This document shows positions 39,239-48,734 of a stretch of DNA of 64,000 bases, piece after piece. The notes under the pieces are model-generated. The model was not told the DNA's origin. It made no database searches and worked only from the letters and a program-made list of their open reading frames with translations. The position numbers and the translations under genes are program-made. Each line of letters begins with the position of its first letter. Within the stretch, counting starts at the first letter, position 1. Source of the DNA: an uncultured Candidatus Saccharibacteria bacterium (GTDB lineage: Bacteria > Patescibacteriota > Minisyncoccia > Phycocordibacterales > UBA918); contig CAYGJY010000002.1 of assembly GCA_964350645.1 (NCBI GenBank), positions 161,538-225,537 of the forward strand. Direction: 5' to 3'.

Positions 39239-39898
39239 ATGTCAAAAGAAATTATTTTAGATAAAACAAAAAATGAAATTCGAGAAGTAGTCTGCATCAG
39301 ATGTGATAATACTACAAATCATATAGTTTGTGGATCAGTAAAATTAGAATGGCGCAACGAAGATATACAAGGATACGATATCTACGAAACAATACGTTGC
39401 TTAGGGTGTGACAATGTTTCTTTTCGCATTGCATCTGGAAATTCAGAAGACTACTACCACGATGACGAAGGTCATAGCTTTTATCCTGAAACTGAGGAAA
39501 TTTATCCCAGCCGTTTGATGGGTAGAGTGCCTCTTAAAGACATGTATTCTCTACCTGATAAGGTACGATTAATATATAAAGAGACTCATGCGGCATTATG
39601 TACAAAATTGAAAGTTCTAGCTGGAGTCGGCATAAGGGCATTAGTTGAAGCTGTGTGTTCAGAAGAAAAGGCGAAGGGAGGTAATCTTGAGAAAAAGATT
39701 GACGATTTAGTCGAGAAAAATATTCTTACAAAGAAAAATGCTGAAGTATTACATCGTACTCGTCTTTTGGGTAATAAAGCAGCACATGAGAGTAGTGCCC
39801 CCGCAGATTCTGAATTGGATGTTGCTTTTGATATTGTAGAAAATCTTCTTGAAACTGTTTATATTATCCCCAAAAAGGCTGAACGATTAAAATCGTAA
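39239..39898 (+). CDS. Zinc-ribbon plus DUF4145-like protein in a strongly AT-rich segment; defence-island type
   Basis: CIRC...C / CLGC Cys pairs; C-terminal ...LVEKNILTKKNAEVLHRTRLLGNKAAHES...DIVENLLETVY matches the DUF4145 pattern (R.LGN.AAHE); local GC about 30 percent. Confidence 0.55.
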   Translation: MSKEIILDKTKNEIREVVCIRCDNTTNHIVCGSVKLEWRNEDIQGYDIYETIRCLGCDNVSFRIASGNSEDYYHDDEGHSFYPETEEIYPSRLMGRVPLKDMYSLPDKVRLIYKETHAALCTKLKVLAGVGIRALVEAVCSEEKAKGGNLEKKIDDLVEKNILTKKNAEVLHRTRLLGNKAAHESSAPADSELDVAFDIVENLLETVYIIPKKAERLKS

Positions 39899-40014
39899 AT
39901 TTAGAATTATGTGTGCATATTTATACTAATTCTAATTAAAACTATAGGACAATAATCGTATAAAAGTTCTCGTTTGTTCGATAGTAAACTGGTATTTAGT
40001 TTATACTTACAAAT

Positions 40015-40362
40015 ATGAATACTCTTCTCAAGCTCGAAATGATTATACTGATAGTGCTGGCCGTGTGGCTGTTTAGTCTGATGGGTTTTGCCTGGTGGTG
40101 GTTTGCGGTGTTGTTTTTAGTGCCAGATGTTGGGATGATCGGGTATGTTGCTTCACCGAAGGTAGGGGCGTGGACATACAACCTCACGCATCACCTTGGT
40201 CTGGCGACGCTGATAATCATCGCCGGGTCTGAGCTGGCTATTCCGTGGGTAGAGCTCGCGGGCATCATTATGCTCGGGCACTCCGCCTTTGACCGAGTGC
40301 TTGGCTATGGTCTGAAGTACCCCGATGCATTTAAACACACGCATCTAGGTTGGCTTAAGTAG
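40015..40362 (+). CDS. Small polytopic membrane protein
   Basis: Three to four TM helices; Trp-rich. Confidence 0.4.
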   Translation: MNTLLKLEMIILIVLAVWLFSLMGFAWWWFAVLFLVPDVGMIGYVASPKVGAWTYNLTHHLGLATLIIIAGSELAIPWVELAGIIMLGHSAFDRVLGYGLKYPDAFKHTHLGWLK

Positions 40363-40404
40363 TTTTGTCTAAAAAAGAGACCTTTTCGGGTGTATAGTTA
40401 AAGT

Positions 40405-40719
40405 ATGAAAAACCTTATTAAAGAGCACATTGAGTATTTAAAAGATAATCCAGAAGGGTATTGGTTTAAGCGGAAGCTCTATGGCTACGGCTGGACACCA
40501 GCAACTAAAGAGGGTTGGGTGGTGACTCTAGGAGCTATTGCGGTGATTGTTGGTAACGCAGTGCGTTTTGAACGCGGTGGGTATGCCGACGGTGACGTTG
40601 TACTACAGATGTTGGCACCGACGTTCTTAGCTGTCGCCGTTTTGTTGTACTTTTGTTTTACAAAAGGTGAAAAGCCAAAGTGGCAGTGGGGCAGTGACAT
40701 TGCAGAAGATAAAGATTAG
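40405..40719 (+). CDS. Small membrane protein
   Basis: Two TM helices. Confidence 0.35.
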   Translation: MKNLIKEHIEYLKDNPEGYWFKRKLYGYGWTPATKEGWVVTLGAIAVIVGNAVRFERGGYADGDVVLQMLAPTFLAVAVLLYFCFTKGEKPKWQWGSDIAEDKD

Positions 40720-40767
40720 GTTTTTGGTCTTTGTTTTGCTATAAATAATCACCTCAAAAAACAGGAG

Positions 40768-41229
40768 ATGATGATGGATAGGCCATCGTGGTTGCCGCCT
40801 TATCGGTGGAAGTACCTGCTCCTCGCGTGGTTTTTTAACGGGGTAGCAGTGTTCATTATTAACCAAAACGAAGGAGGTGTCGCTGGAGCTAGCATGGCAG
40901 CACTTGTTCAGTTCGGCGTTTCGACTTTGGCTGGATATAGTGTTCCGTTCTGTCAAAAACATGTTTTTGACAGGCCAATTGCCAAAGCATATTTCTACGG
41001 ATCGCTCACTATGGCGTTGGTGATCGCCAGTGCTGGTGCGCTCGCTCACTTTATATTTCAAACGCCTGACTATTGGTCGACCGTCGCTTGGAACTTCTGG
41101 CTCAACCTAGTTGGCGGGTTTGTGTTGGTAAGCTGCAAGCGCTCGAATGCGTTTGTCACCCGTCGCCTACGACATTCAGTGGGTCTAAAGGTGGCAATGA
41201 CTTATTATCGGTTTTGGAAGAGGCTCTAG
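40768..41229 (+). CDS. Membrane protein of unknown function
   Basis: caggaga RBS; four TM helices. Confidence 0.4.
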   Translation: MMMDRPSWLPPYRWKYLLLAWFFNGVAVFIINQNEGGVAGASMAALVQFGVSTLAGYSVPFCQKHVFDRPIAKAYFYGSLTMALVIASAGALAHFIFQTPDYWSTVAWNFWLNLVGGFVLVSCKRSNAFVTRRLRHSVGLKVAMTYYRFWKRL

Positions 41230-41346
41230 TTGCGTGTGTATTCTGCGACTAGAGCCTCTGTGTTTTTGATTATACAAAGTGCAGAAAGCCGCCGGTAGAA
41301 GAGTGGGAGTCTTCATTTCCGACGGCCTTTTTAGTCAATCGTCGAG

Positions 41347-41697
41347 CTAGGTTTTTAGGCCTAACGTGGTGAAGCTAAATCCAATCAGTATTGACCCGCT
41401 TGATCCTGGTATGACGAATTTGATCAGTTGGTGGGTCACCACGCCGTTTGTCTCGGCTTTTCCAACGACTGACTGCCAGACTTTCCTGGCTTCCCCGCCA
41501 ATCGAAGTAATTTGGTGACACCCGTCTGGCAGAGTAAGACTCGATCGATACTGATCAAGCTTTGTCACCAGATCAGTAGCTTGCTCTAAGGTCTGGCAAA
41601 TCGTAGCGCCAGTGATCCATACCCATCTCCCGTCTTCAGCTTTGGCGGGTGAAGCGATACAGCTGAAGCAGAAAAATAACAATACAATCCGTCCCAT
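41347..41697 (-). CDS. Small secreted protein
   Basis: Signal peptide MGRIVLLFFCFSCIASPAKA. Confidence 0.4.
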   Translation of the reverse strand: MGRIVLLFFCFSCIASPAKAEDGRWVWITGATICQTLEQATDLVTKLDQYRSSLTLPDGCHQITSIGGEARKVWQSVVGKAETNGVVTHQLIKFVIPGSSGSILIGFSFTTLGLKT

Positions 41698-41767
41698 TTT
41701 GTCCTCCGGTATTCGTCTGTGGGTGATGAATTAGGTATACCTCTAAATGCTCAAAGCAGCAATACTT

Positions 41768-42853
41768 TTATTGATTAGGCCTTCCGCCAACGCGTTTGGC
41801 AACCTTGAGTAAGATAAAGAGAATCAGGAAGAGGAGGCTGAGTTGTACTAAGACCGGGTGACCAAGATAAAGTGAGAAGATGAGTAAGATGAAGGTGTAG
41901 ATTCGGTCGATGATAGTAACAAAGATGTCAGTGATTTTTTGGAACCAGCCGACAGAAGCCCCTTGTTCTTTTGGTGTGTCTTGGCTACGGGAAACAGAGC
42001 CAAAACCATTTTCGTTGGTTACAGTGTCGAGATTGCTGGCTGTTTCTGAGGTAGTGCTCGACGAGCTGGCTGATTCGCTTGGCGAATCAGCCAGCTCGTC
42101 TTCAGTCGGCGTGAGCACCTCCCCGTCAGTGCTCCGGGCACTGCGGTAGGCATCGATTCTTCTCTTTGTTTCATTGATACTTTCGGTAAAGGTAGACAGA
42201 ATGTTATCGGCCCGACTTTCGGTTAGGTACTGCTCGAGGCCGTCAGGTTCGCTACCGTTTTGATCAACATTCACGTTAGTTTCTTGTGTGGCCTCAGGTG
42301 GATCTTCGTTGTCTGATTCGGTTGCGGTCGTCTCTGGTGGTGCTGGATCGTTTGGATCAAGTGGGTCGGTGCCATCAGCTTTTTCTTTGTTGTCACTTAT
42401 ACCATCGTTGTCGTCGTCTTGATCATCAGTATTGCCGATACCGTCACTATCAGTATCACGATCGACAAAGACTGTGTCCTCAGCCAACGCTGATACAACT
42501 TCAGCAGTCTTGGTGGTGCTGCCGACTTTGCTTAACTCAATTCGTGAGAGTGACGCAGTGATAGTGTGTTCACCAAAGCTTGGCGCCCAGTCTGCCCAGG
42601 TTTCGATAATTCGGTTATCAAGGGCGGATACGTTGGTTCGTTCGATGAGTTCACCATTGTCATAGAATTCCACTCGACCAGATAAATCAGCACCGGTGTT
42701 GTTGCGGATGGCGACGTAGATCCTGGTGGTGTCACCAACAAATAGTACGTCACGGTCATACCACAGACCTTGTACAATCCCGGCATTAAATTCTTGGGCA
42801 GAGACAGCTGAAGCGGATATGATAAATATAAGGACGGCACATAGCCATTTCAT
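41768..42853 (-). CDS. Surface protein with thrombospondin type-3-like Ca-binding repeats and a C-terminal TM anchor
   Basis: Signal peptide; DTDSDGIGNTDDQDDDNDGISDN repeats; Ser-rich linker; C-terminal hydrophobic helices. Confidence 0.55.
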   Translation of the reverse strand: MKWLCAVLIFIISASAVSAQEFNAGIVQGLWYDRDVLFVGDTTRIYVAIRNNTGADLSGRVEFYDNGELIERTNVSALDNRIIETWADWAPSFGEHTITASLSRIELSKVGSTTKTAEVVSALAEDTVFVDRDTDSDGIGNTDDQDDDNDGISDNKEKADGTDPLDPNDPAPPETTATESDNEDPPEATQETNVNVDQNGSEPDGLEQYLTESRADNILSTFTESINETKRRIDAYRSARSTDGEVLTPTEDELADSPSESASSSSTTSETASNLDTVTNENGFGSVSRSQDTPKEQGASVGWFQKITDIFVTIIDRIYTFILLIFSLYLGHPVLVQLSLLFLILFILLKVAKRVGGRPNQ

Positions 42854-42895
42854 ATGATCTTAGTATACCGAAATTTCTCGTAAAATTATGATATT

Positions 42896-43555
42896 GTGAC
42901 CACAATGAAGATTACAGAGATTTATAAAAAATATCCGATCAACCAGGGCTTGCAGCGACATATGGTGCAGGTCGCAGCAGTTGCAAAGCAAATCTGCGAT
43001 CATATCTCAGTACCCGTCGATACTCATTTTGTGGTGAGTGTGTGCTTAGTTCATGACCTTGGTAATCTGGCTAAGATAAAGTTTGGCCTAGGTCATGATT
43101 ACCACTTTGAGCCCGAAGGTCTAACTTACTGGCAAGAGAAACAAACTGAAGTGTGGGAGACGATTAGTCGTGATGAACATGAAGTGACCAATTATTATCT
43201 GGATGATTTGGGTTTGTCACCTGAAATAAAAGCGGCAGTTAATGTAATGGGACTTTCAGAATTATCCGAGACAGCTATACATAGATCGACTGAACACCAG
43301 ATTATTACCTACGCTGATATGCGAGTAGGGTTGCACGGTATTGTCTCTGCCGGAGAGCGTATGGCTGATCTTAAAAGACGCTATGTGCCCGAACGCCATA
43401 CTGGGGCAGAGATCGATGAATGTACAGACGTATTGCTTGCTATGGAAAGGAAGTTGTTTGCTGGGTCAGGTATCAACCCGGCAGATATTACCGATGTTTC
43501 GACCGCTGAGATTCAGAAAGAATTGTTGGAGTGGAAGATTGAGACGGTGCAGTAA
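42896..43555 (+). CDS. HD-domain phosphohydrolase
   Basis: H...HDLGN...D motif set; GTG start at 42896 or ATG at 42905. Confidence 0.6.
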   Translation: MTTMKITEIYKKYPINQGLQRHMVQVAAVAKQICDHISVPVDTHFVVSVCLVHDLGNLAKIKFGLGHDYHFEPEGLTYWQEKQTEVWETISRDEHEVTNYYLDDLGLSPEIKAAVNVMGLSELSETAIHRSTEHQIITYADMRVGLHGIVSAGERMADLKRRYVPERHTGAEIDECTDVLLAMERKLFAGSGINPADITDVSTAEIQKELLEWKIETVQ

Positions 43556-43585
43556 TGGACCGGCGCCGAAGGTGCCGGTCATAGT

Positions 43586-45097
43586 TTATTGCCGCGCCTG
43601 TAACTTCTCAACTGGGGCAAAGTCATCGGTGAGAAGAATTTCAGAAGTTAAATCAAATGTAGTCAGGTCAAGTGCAAGGTTTTGCACAGTGCTTGTTCCG
43701 CCACCAGTGAAGGTAATGTGCTGGTCGGTAAAATTGATAGGAGCACCTCCTTTGCGGGCGACCAATATTACATTCTGCAACTGTGAGAGTTCGTTTTTTT
43801 CAATGGCATAGGCTCGTGTATTTGGAAACACTGCCAGTAGTGTTTTTGTGACTGATCCAAATAGTGATGGGATGCTTGTTTCTGGGATACCGACAAAGTT
43901 TACTAGTAAGACTCCCTCGTCATGTAAGTGTTCTGAAATTCGTTGATAAAACTCAAGAGTGGTCAAATGAAATGGGGCTGCCAAATCCGTCCCAAAGGCA
44001 TCAGCAAAGATGACGTCGTACCTCTTATTCGTCCCCTGTAGAAATACCCGCGCATCCATTGGGTAGTTGGTAATTCGCGAGGTGTCAGATAGATCGAAAT
44101 ATTCCTGAGCCAAATCAAATAAGATTGGCTCAATTTCAACAACGTCGATATTGAGTTCGGGATTTGCTGCGCTGAGCGTGCGCGGGATAGTATACGCTCC
44201 GCCACCGATTAATAAAAAATCCTCAGCTGAGGGTACTAAGATGTTATAGAATTCTGCAAACTGCGTGTAAGCAAACGGTAGTTCTTTTGAGGTAAGGTAG
44301 ATGGCGGAAGAGTTATTAGTATCACGGTTAAGTAGTCGGCCAGCCCGATTGTTTATCAAAACATCTCTGATTTTGATTGAGCTGTAGAGACCATCACTAT
44401 AATACAGATAAGAAGCCTGGTTACGTGTGTGGATGAGGTTGATGCTTCCGAGTAAGAGTATGCTGACACCAATGATTAGTGCTATCCAAATGAGATGTCG
44501 GACCTGTCTGAGATAGAGCGGCATTAGCAGACCAAGAATAATGAGGCAGGCACCTGATGTCATAATTGTATTTTGGACGCCGAGGGTGGGAATGAGCCAA
44601 AAGCCAGTGAGAAGACTACCCAAAATACTACCAGCAGTGCCCCAAAAAAAAGTTTTACCGACAACACTACCGATGTGTTCGGTTGGGGTATTGATTGATT
44701 GAATTTTTATAATGTACGGCGAGACTATTCCCAATAAAAAAGCCGGTACAAAGAATAGGGCTAGGCTAAAGACAAGAGGTCCGAGCTGTGGCCCGAGTTG
44801 TGCAGCGGCTGCGGGTAAGACAAAAAGGGCGACTAGCTCTAAGAGTAAAATCAAAACACCACTGAGGGTGATTATTTTGTACAGCTCAGATATAGATTGC
44901 TTTGAATCAGCCCGTTTACCGCCGTACCAATAACCGCAACTGAGGGCGGCGAGAATGATCGATAACACACTCGAAAAAACATAAAGTGATGAACCGTAAT
45001 AAGGTGAAAGTAGGCGAACCGCTGCAACTTCAAGAATAAGGACAGCTGCACCAGTAATAAATACGCTGACAAACAGGGCAGAATTTAGCTTACGCAT
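43586..45097 (-). CDS. Membrane-anchored spermidine synthase-like (PABS fold) protein
   Basis: N-terminal ~7 TM helices; C-terminal IGGGAYTIP, VDVVEIEP, DVIFADAFG motifs. Confidence 0.7.
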   Translation of the reverse strand: MRKLNSALFVSVFITGAAVLILEVAAVRLLSPYYGSSLYVFSSVLSIILAALSCGYWYGGKRADSKQSISELYKIITLSGVLILLLELVALFVLPAAAAQLGPQLGPLVFSLALFFVPAFLLGIVSPYIIKIQSINTPTEHIGSVVGKTFFWGTAGSILGSLLTGFWLIPTLGVQNTIMTSGACLIILGLLMPLYLRQVRHLIWIALIIGVSILLLGSINLIHTRNQASYLYYSDGLYSSIKIRDVLINNRAGRLLNRDTNNSSAIYLTSKELPFAYTQFAEFYNILVPSAEDFLLIGGGAYTIPRTLSAANPELNIDVVEIEPILFDLAQEYFDLSDTSRITNYPMDARVFLQGTNKRYDVIFADAFGTDLAAPFHLTTLEFYQRISEHLHDEGVLLVNFVGIPETSIPSLFGSVTKTLLAVFPNTRAYAIEKNELSQLQNVILVARKGGAPINFTDQHITFTGGGTSTVQNLALDLTTFDLTSEILLTDDFAPVEKLQARQ

Positions 45098-45177
45098 TGG
45101 CTAATAGTAGCAAACTTTATCGTCAGAGGAACGATGTGTGGTTGAGTTGTGCTGAGAATGCGCTAGGATAGAGCGCT

Positions 45178-46662
45178 ATGACACAGCCGCAAGGACTTAT
45201 TACCTTTAATGACGTATCGTACGAGCACGACGTCACCAAACCAATTTTGATTGAGTCGTCATTTTCGGTGCGCCGGGGCGCTAAGTTTACGTTGATGGGT
45301 CAAAACGGTGCTGGGAAAACTACACTCTTTAAATTGATTACTGGAGAGCATCAGCCAGATGAAGGCATGATCCATATTGCGACGCGTACCAGTATTGCGG
45401 TATCAAGACAAGTTATTCCGCGAGCAGAGCTTGAACTCACGTTGCGAGAATTTTTTGCCAAGTGCTTTACGGAGACCGTGTATGATATCGACCCGAAGAT
45501 TGATGCTATTTTGGAGGTGGTGAATTTAACACCGACAAATCCAGAGGTTGCAAAGAATTTTAAAGAGCGGATTATTGGGAGTTTTTCTGGTGGTCAGCAA
45601 GCGCGACTTCTACTTGCGTCAGCTTTGATTCAAAAACCAGATATTCTACTTCTTGATGAACCGACTAATAACCTCGACTATGAAGGAATTGAACATCTGA
45701 CCCAGTTTCTCAAAGACTACCGTCAGACAGTAATTGTGATTTCTCATGATTCTGATTTCTTGAATGCCTTTACTCACGGTGTGCTCTATCTCAATACCCA
45801 AACAAGAAAGATCGAACAATATAATGGAAACTATCACGACGTGGTTAAAGAAATTGGTGCTCAAGTAGAAAAAGAACGCCGGAAAAATGCGCAGTTAGAA
45901 AAAGAAATTCAAGCCAACAAAGACAAAGCTAACTTCTTTGCGAATAAAGGTGGCGGTATGCGTGCGGTTGCCAAGCGGATGCGTGAGAAAGTCGATGAAT
46001 ATGAAGATAACAAAGTTGAAGTGCGCAAAGAAGATCGAACAATTCGTGACTTCACTATCCCCACTCAGGCAGGTGTACCGCTCGACGTACTGAAGTTGAG
46101 CTCGTATCAAGTGATTAAAAACCATAACCCAAAAGTGGTCGAGTGTGACTTGACCCTTAAGCGTGGTCAGCATTGGCGTATCATTGGTCCAAATGGTATT
46201 GGAAAAACGACATTGCTTGAGTCATTAGCTTCAGGGCATGCGGCCGGTGAACACGTCGCTTCGGGAGTGAAGATTGGCTATTACCGGCAAGATTTTTCTA
46301 ACTTAGATTTTGAAGAAACAGTCGCGGCGTGTCTGATGAAGGCGATGGAGAGTAAGCTTGAGGAGAAAATGCGTAGTGTCGCTGCGGGGTATTTACTTAC
46401 TGGCGACGTGATTAAAACAAAGATCGGGTTACTCTCCGAAGGTCAGAAAGGTTTGGTCGCATTTGCTCGACTACAACTGCTCGAGCCAGGTTTGCTGATT
46501 CTTGATGAGCCGACCAATCACATCAATTTTCGACATATCCCCGTTATCGCTAAAGCGCTTCATGCCTTTGAAGGTGCTATGATAGTAGTCTCGCACGTTG
46601 AAGATTTTGTCGAACAGATTAGAATCGATGAGGTGCTAGATTTAAATAAGAAACATAAATAA
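45178..46662 (+). CDS. ABC-F family ATPase (two ABC domains, no TMD)
   Basis: GQNGAGKTT / LSGGQQARL / LLLDEPTN, then IGPNGIGKTT / LSEGQKGLV / LILDEPTN. Confidence 0.8.
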   Translation: MTQPQGLITFNDVSYEHDVTKPILIESSFSVRRGAKFTLMGQNGAGKTTLFKLITGEHQPDEGMIHIATRTSIAVSRQVIPRAELELTLREFFAKCFTETVYDIDPKIDAILEVVNLTPTNPEVAKNFKERIIGSFSGGQQARLLLASALIQKPDILLLDEPTNNLDYEGIEHLTQFLKDYRQTVIVISHDSDFLNAFTHGVLYLNTQTRKIEQYNGNYHDVVKEIGAQVEKERRKNAQLEKEIQANKDKANFFANKGGGMRAVAKRMREKVDEYEDNKVEVRKEDRTIRDFTIPTQAGVPLDVLKLSSYQVIKNHNPKVVECDLTLKRGQHWRIIGPNGIGKTTLLESLASGHAAGEHVASGVKIGYYRQDFSNLDFEETVAACLMKAMESKLEEKMRSVAAGYLLTGDVIKTKIGLLSEGQKGLVAFARLQLLEPGLLILDEPTNHINFRHIPVIAKALHAFEGAMIVVSHVEDFVEQIRIDEVLDLNKKHK

Positions 46663-46731
46663 TATGGCCAAAGGTCAAGATAAAAAGAAAGAGGTGAAGA
46701 AGCCAAAGAAAGACAAGGTGAAGAAATAAAT

Positions 46732-46768
46732 GAAACAGCGGGGCGCCTATGGCGCCCCGCTGTTTTTG
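46732..46768 (+). terminator. Terminator
   Basis: aaacagcggggcgcc tat ggcgccccgctgttttt. Confidence 0.6.
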
Positions 46769-46805
46769 TTGGCAGTTCATTGATTGTCATTTATACTGTC
46801 GCCCT

Positions 46806-47861
46806 ATGGAACATCGAACATTAGGCACAAGCAATATCAAAGTCCCGGCAATTTGTTTGGGGACCATGACATGGGGCCAGCAAAATACTGAGGCAGAAGC
46901 ACATGAGCAGCTTAGCTATGCCGTTGATGAGCGGGGCTTATATTTTTTAGATACTGCAGAAATTTATCCAATCCCGCCTGAGAAAGAAAAACAGGGTCGA
47001 ACTGAAACGTATATTGGCACGTGGCTTGCAAAGCGGGGAAAGCGTGATGATCTCATCATTGCGAGTAAGGCATGTGTTGCGCCACCAATGATGCGGACTC
47101 GGGATGCAAGTGTGGCAGCGCACTACAGTAAAGAGAGTATTCACAGCGCAATCGACGGCACACTCAAACGATTGCAGACTGATTATATTGATCTGTACCA
47201 AATCCACTGGCCTGAGCGTCCCACCAATTTCTTTGGTCAGCGGGGCTTTGCTGAAGATGTCGAACACGACTCAACACCGATTCGAGAAACCCTCGAAGCG
47301 TTAGCTGAACTCGTAAAATCTGGGAAGGTGCGACACGTTGGTATTTCAAACGAAACTCCTTGGGGGGTTTCGGAGTATCTGCGCCTAGCTCGAGAAGAAG
47401 GATTGCTGAAGATTGTGTCCATTCAAAACCAGTACAGTCTCACAAACCGCACATACGAAATTGGTTTAGCAGAAATCACTATGAAAGAACAGGTGAGTCT
47501 GTTGGCATACTCGGCCCTTAATATGGGAGTGTTGACCGGTAAGTATCTTGATGGAGCACGGCCTGAAGGTGCGCGATTTACCATGTTTGATCGAAATAAA
47601 GAACGTTACAATCCACCGTACGAGCACGCACAGTCAGTGATCAGAATGTACGTTGACTTGGCTAAGAAGTACGATCTTGATCCAGCGACGTTGGCTTTGG
47701 CATTTGCTACCAACCGAGCCTTCACCACCTCGACTATTATCGGTGCGACAACTATGGAACAACTTAAAGTCTGCATTGATGCTGGTGATGTGACATTGTC
47801 CGAAGAGATTATGAGCGAGATTGAACACATTCAAAAAGAACATCCAGACGTAACGACCTAG
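46806..47861 (+). CDS. Aldo/keto reductase (Tas-like)
   Basis: LGTSNIKVPAICLGTMTWG N-terminus and AKR core motifs. Confidence 0.8.
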   Translation: MEHRTLGTSNIKVPAICLGTMTWGQQNTEAEAHEQLSYAVDERGLYFLDTAEIYPIPPEKEKQGRTETYIGTWLAKRGKRDDLIIASKACVAPPMMRTRDASVAAHYSKESIHSAIDGTLKRLQTDYIDLYQIHWPERPTNFFGQRGFAEDVEHDSTPIRETLEALAELVKSGKVRHVGISNETPWGVSEYLRLAREEGLLKIVSIQNQYSLTNRTYEIGLAEITMKEQVSLLAYSALNMGVLTGKYLDGARPEGARFTMFDRNKERYNPPYEHAQSVIRMYVDLAKKYDLDPATLALAFATNRAFTTSTIIGATTMEQLKVCIDAGDVTLSEEIMSEIEHIQKEHPDVTT

Positions 47862-47869
47862 CTTAAAGA

Positions 47870-47908
47870 ACACAAAAACCGGCGAGCAAGGCTTGCCGGT
47901 TTTTGTGT
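47870..47908. terminator. Bidirectional terminator
   Basis: cacaaaaaccggcgagc aag gcttgccggtttttgtg. Confidence 0.65.
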
Positions 47909-47923
47909 TCTTCGCACCAGGGA

Positions 47924-48661
47924 TTAAAAAGCATCTAGTAAGATGCTCAGATCAGCGGTTGAAACCCGGCCGTCAAGGTTGAAATCCGAACGGAGATTGT
48001 TAGTCGCAAGGTGCCGCATAAAAATGCTGACGTCAGCTAGCGATTGGCGGCCATCTTCGTTAAGGTCTGGGCTCGGAGCTTCAGGCACAATTCGTACTGT
48101 TGGTCCAAGCAGGCTTTTCCCAAAGACGGTTTCTGACTGCATGGTTGTTTCATTGGTGATCGCAAAAATAGCGTCTACGGGGCTGGATAGCGGTGCGTCG
48201 GTACCTAAGCCATCGTGCTGAAGAATTCGCGCTTCTTTTAAACTGATAGCCGCGTCACCCGTTTCTTTGGTGGTAAAGATTACCGTTATGAGTGTATCTT
48301 CACCGACAAATCCACCAGATCGTGTGCTACCGCCAATGAAGTTAATTGTGCCTTCACCATTGCTATACCATGGTTCTTCTGCCCAGAGGTCAGCGATTGA
48401 GGTGTTATAGTCAATTTGTTTGACGGCCAGTTTATCTGCGTCAAAAAGAATGTCACCTTTGTATACATTTACTGGGATATCGCTTGCGACTTGGATTCTA
48501 ATTGTAAAGGTCTCGCCAGTTATGGCAGAGCCAGATGCAGGATCAATAAACATACTGGTACTAGGGGCGGTAATAGTGGCACCCATTAGCCAGCCACCAA
48601 CAGCAACTATACTGGCAATTAGGGTTGTAAAGGCTATACGACTCAAAGTAATGCTTGGCAT
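47924..48661 (-). CDS. Secreted protein with a cohesin-like N-terminal domain and a C-terminal dockerin-like pair of Ca-binding repeats
   Basis: Signal peptide; GETFTIRIQVASDIPVNVYKGDILFDADKLAV (cohesin-like); DLNEDGRQSLADVSIF...DFNLDGRVSTADLSILL (dockerin-like). Confidence 0.5.
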   Translation of the reverse strand: MPSITLSRIAFTTLIASIVAVGGWLMGATITAPSTSMFIDPASGSAITGETFTIRIQVASDIPVNVYKGDILFDADKLAVKQIDYNTSIADLWAEEPWYSNGEGTINFIGGSTRSGGFVGEDTLITVIFTTKETGDAAISLKEARILQHDGLGTDAPLSSPVDAIFAITNETTMQSETVFGKSLLGPTVRIVPEAPSPDLNEDGRQSLADVSIFMRHLATNNLRSDFNLDGRVSTADLSILLDAF

Positions 48662-48734
48662 AGATACTATAAGTATGCCATAGCGAAAGAGGCTCTGTCC
48701 GTAGTTTTTCTGAGGGTGTGTTTAGTAGTGATTG

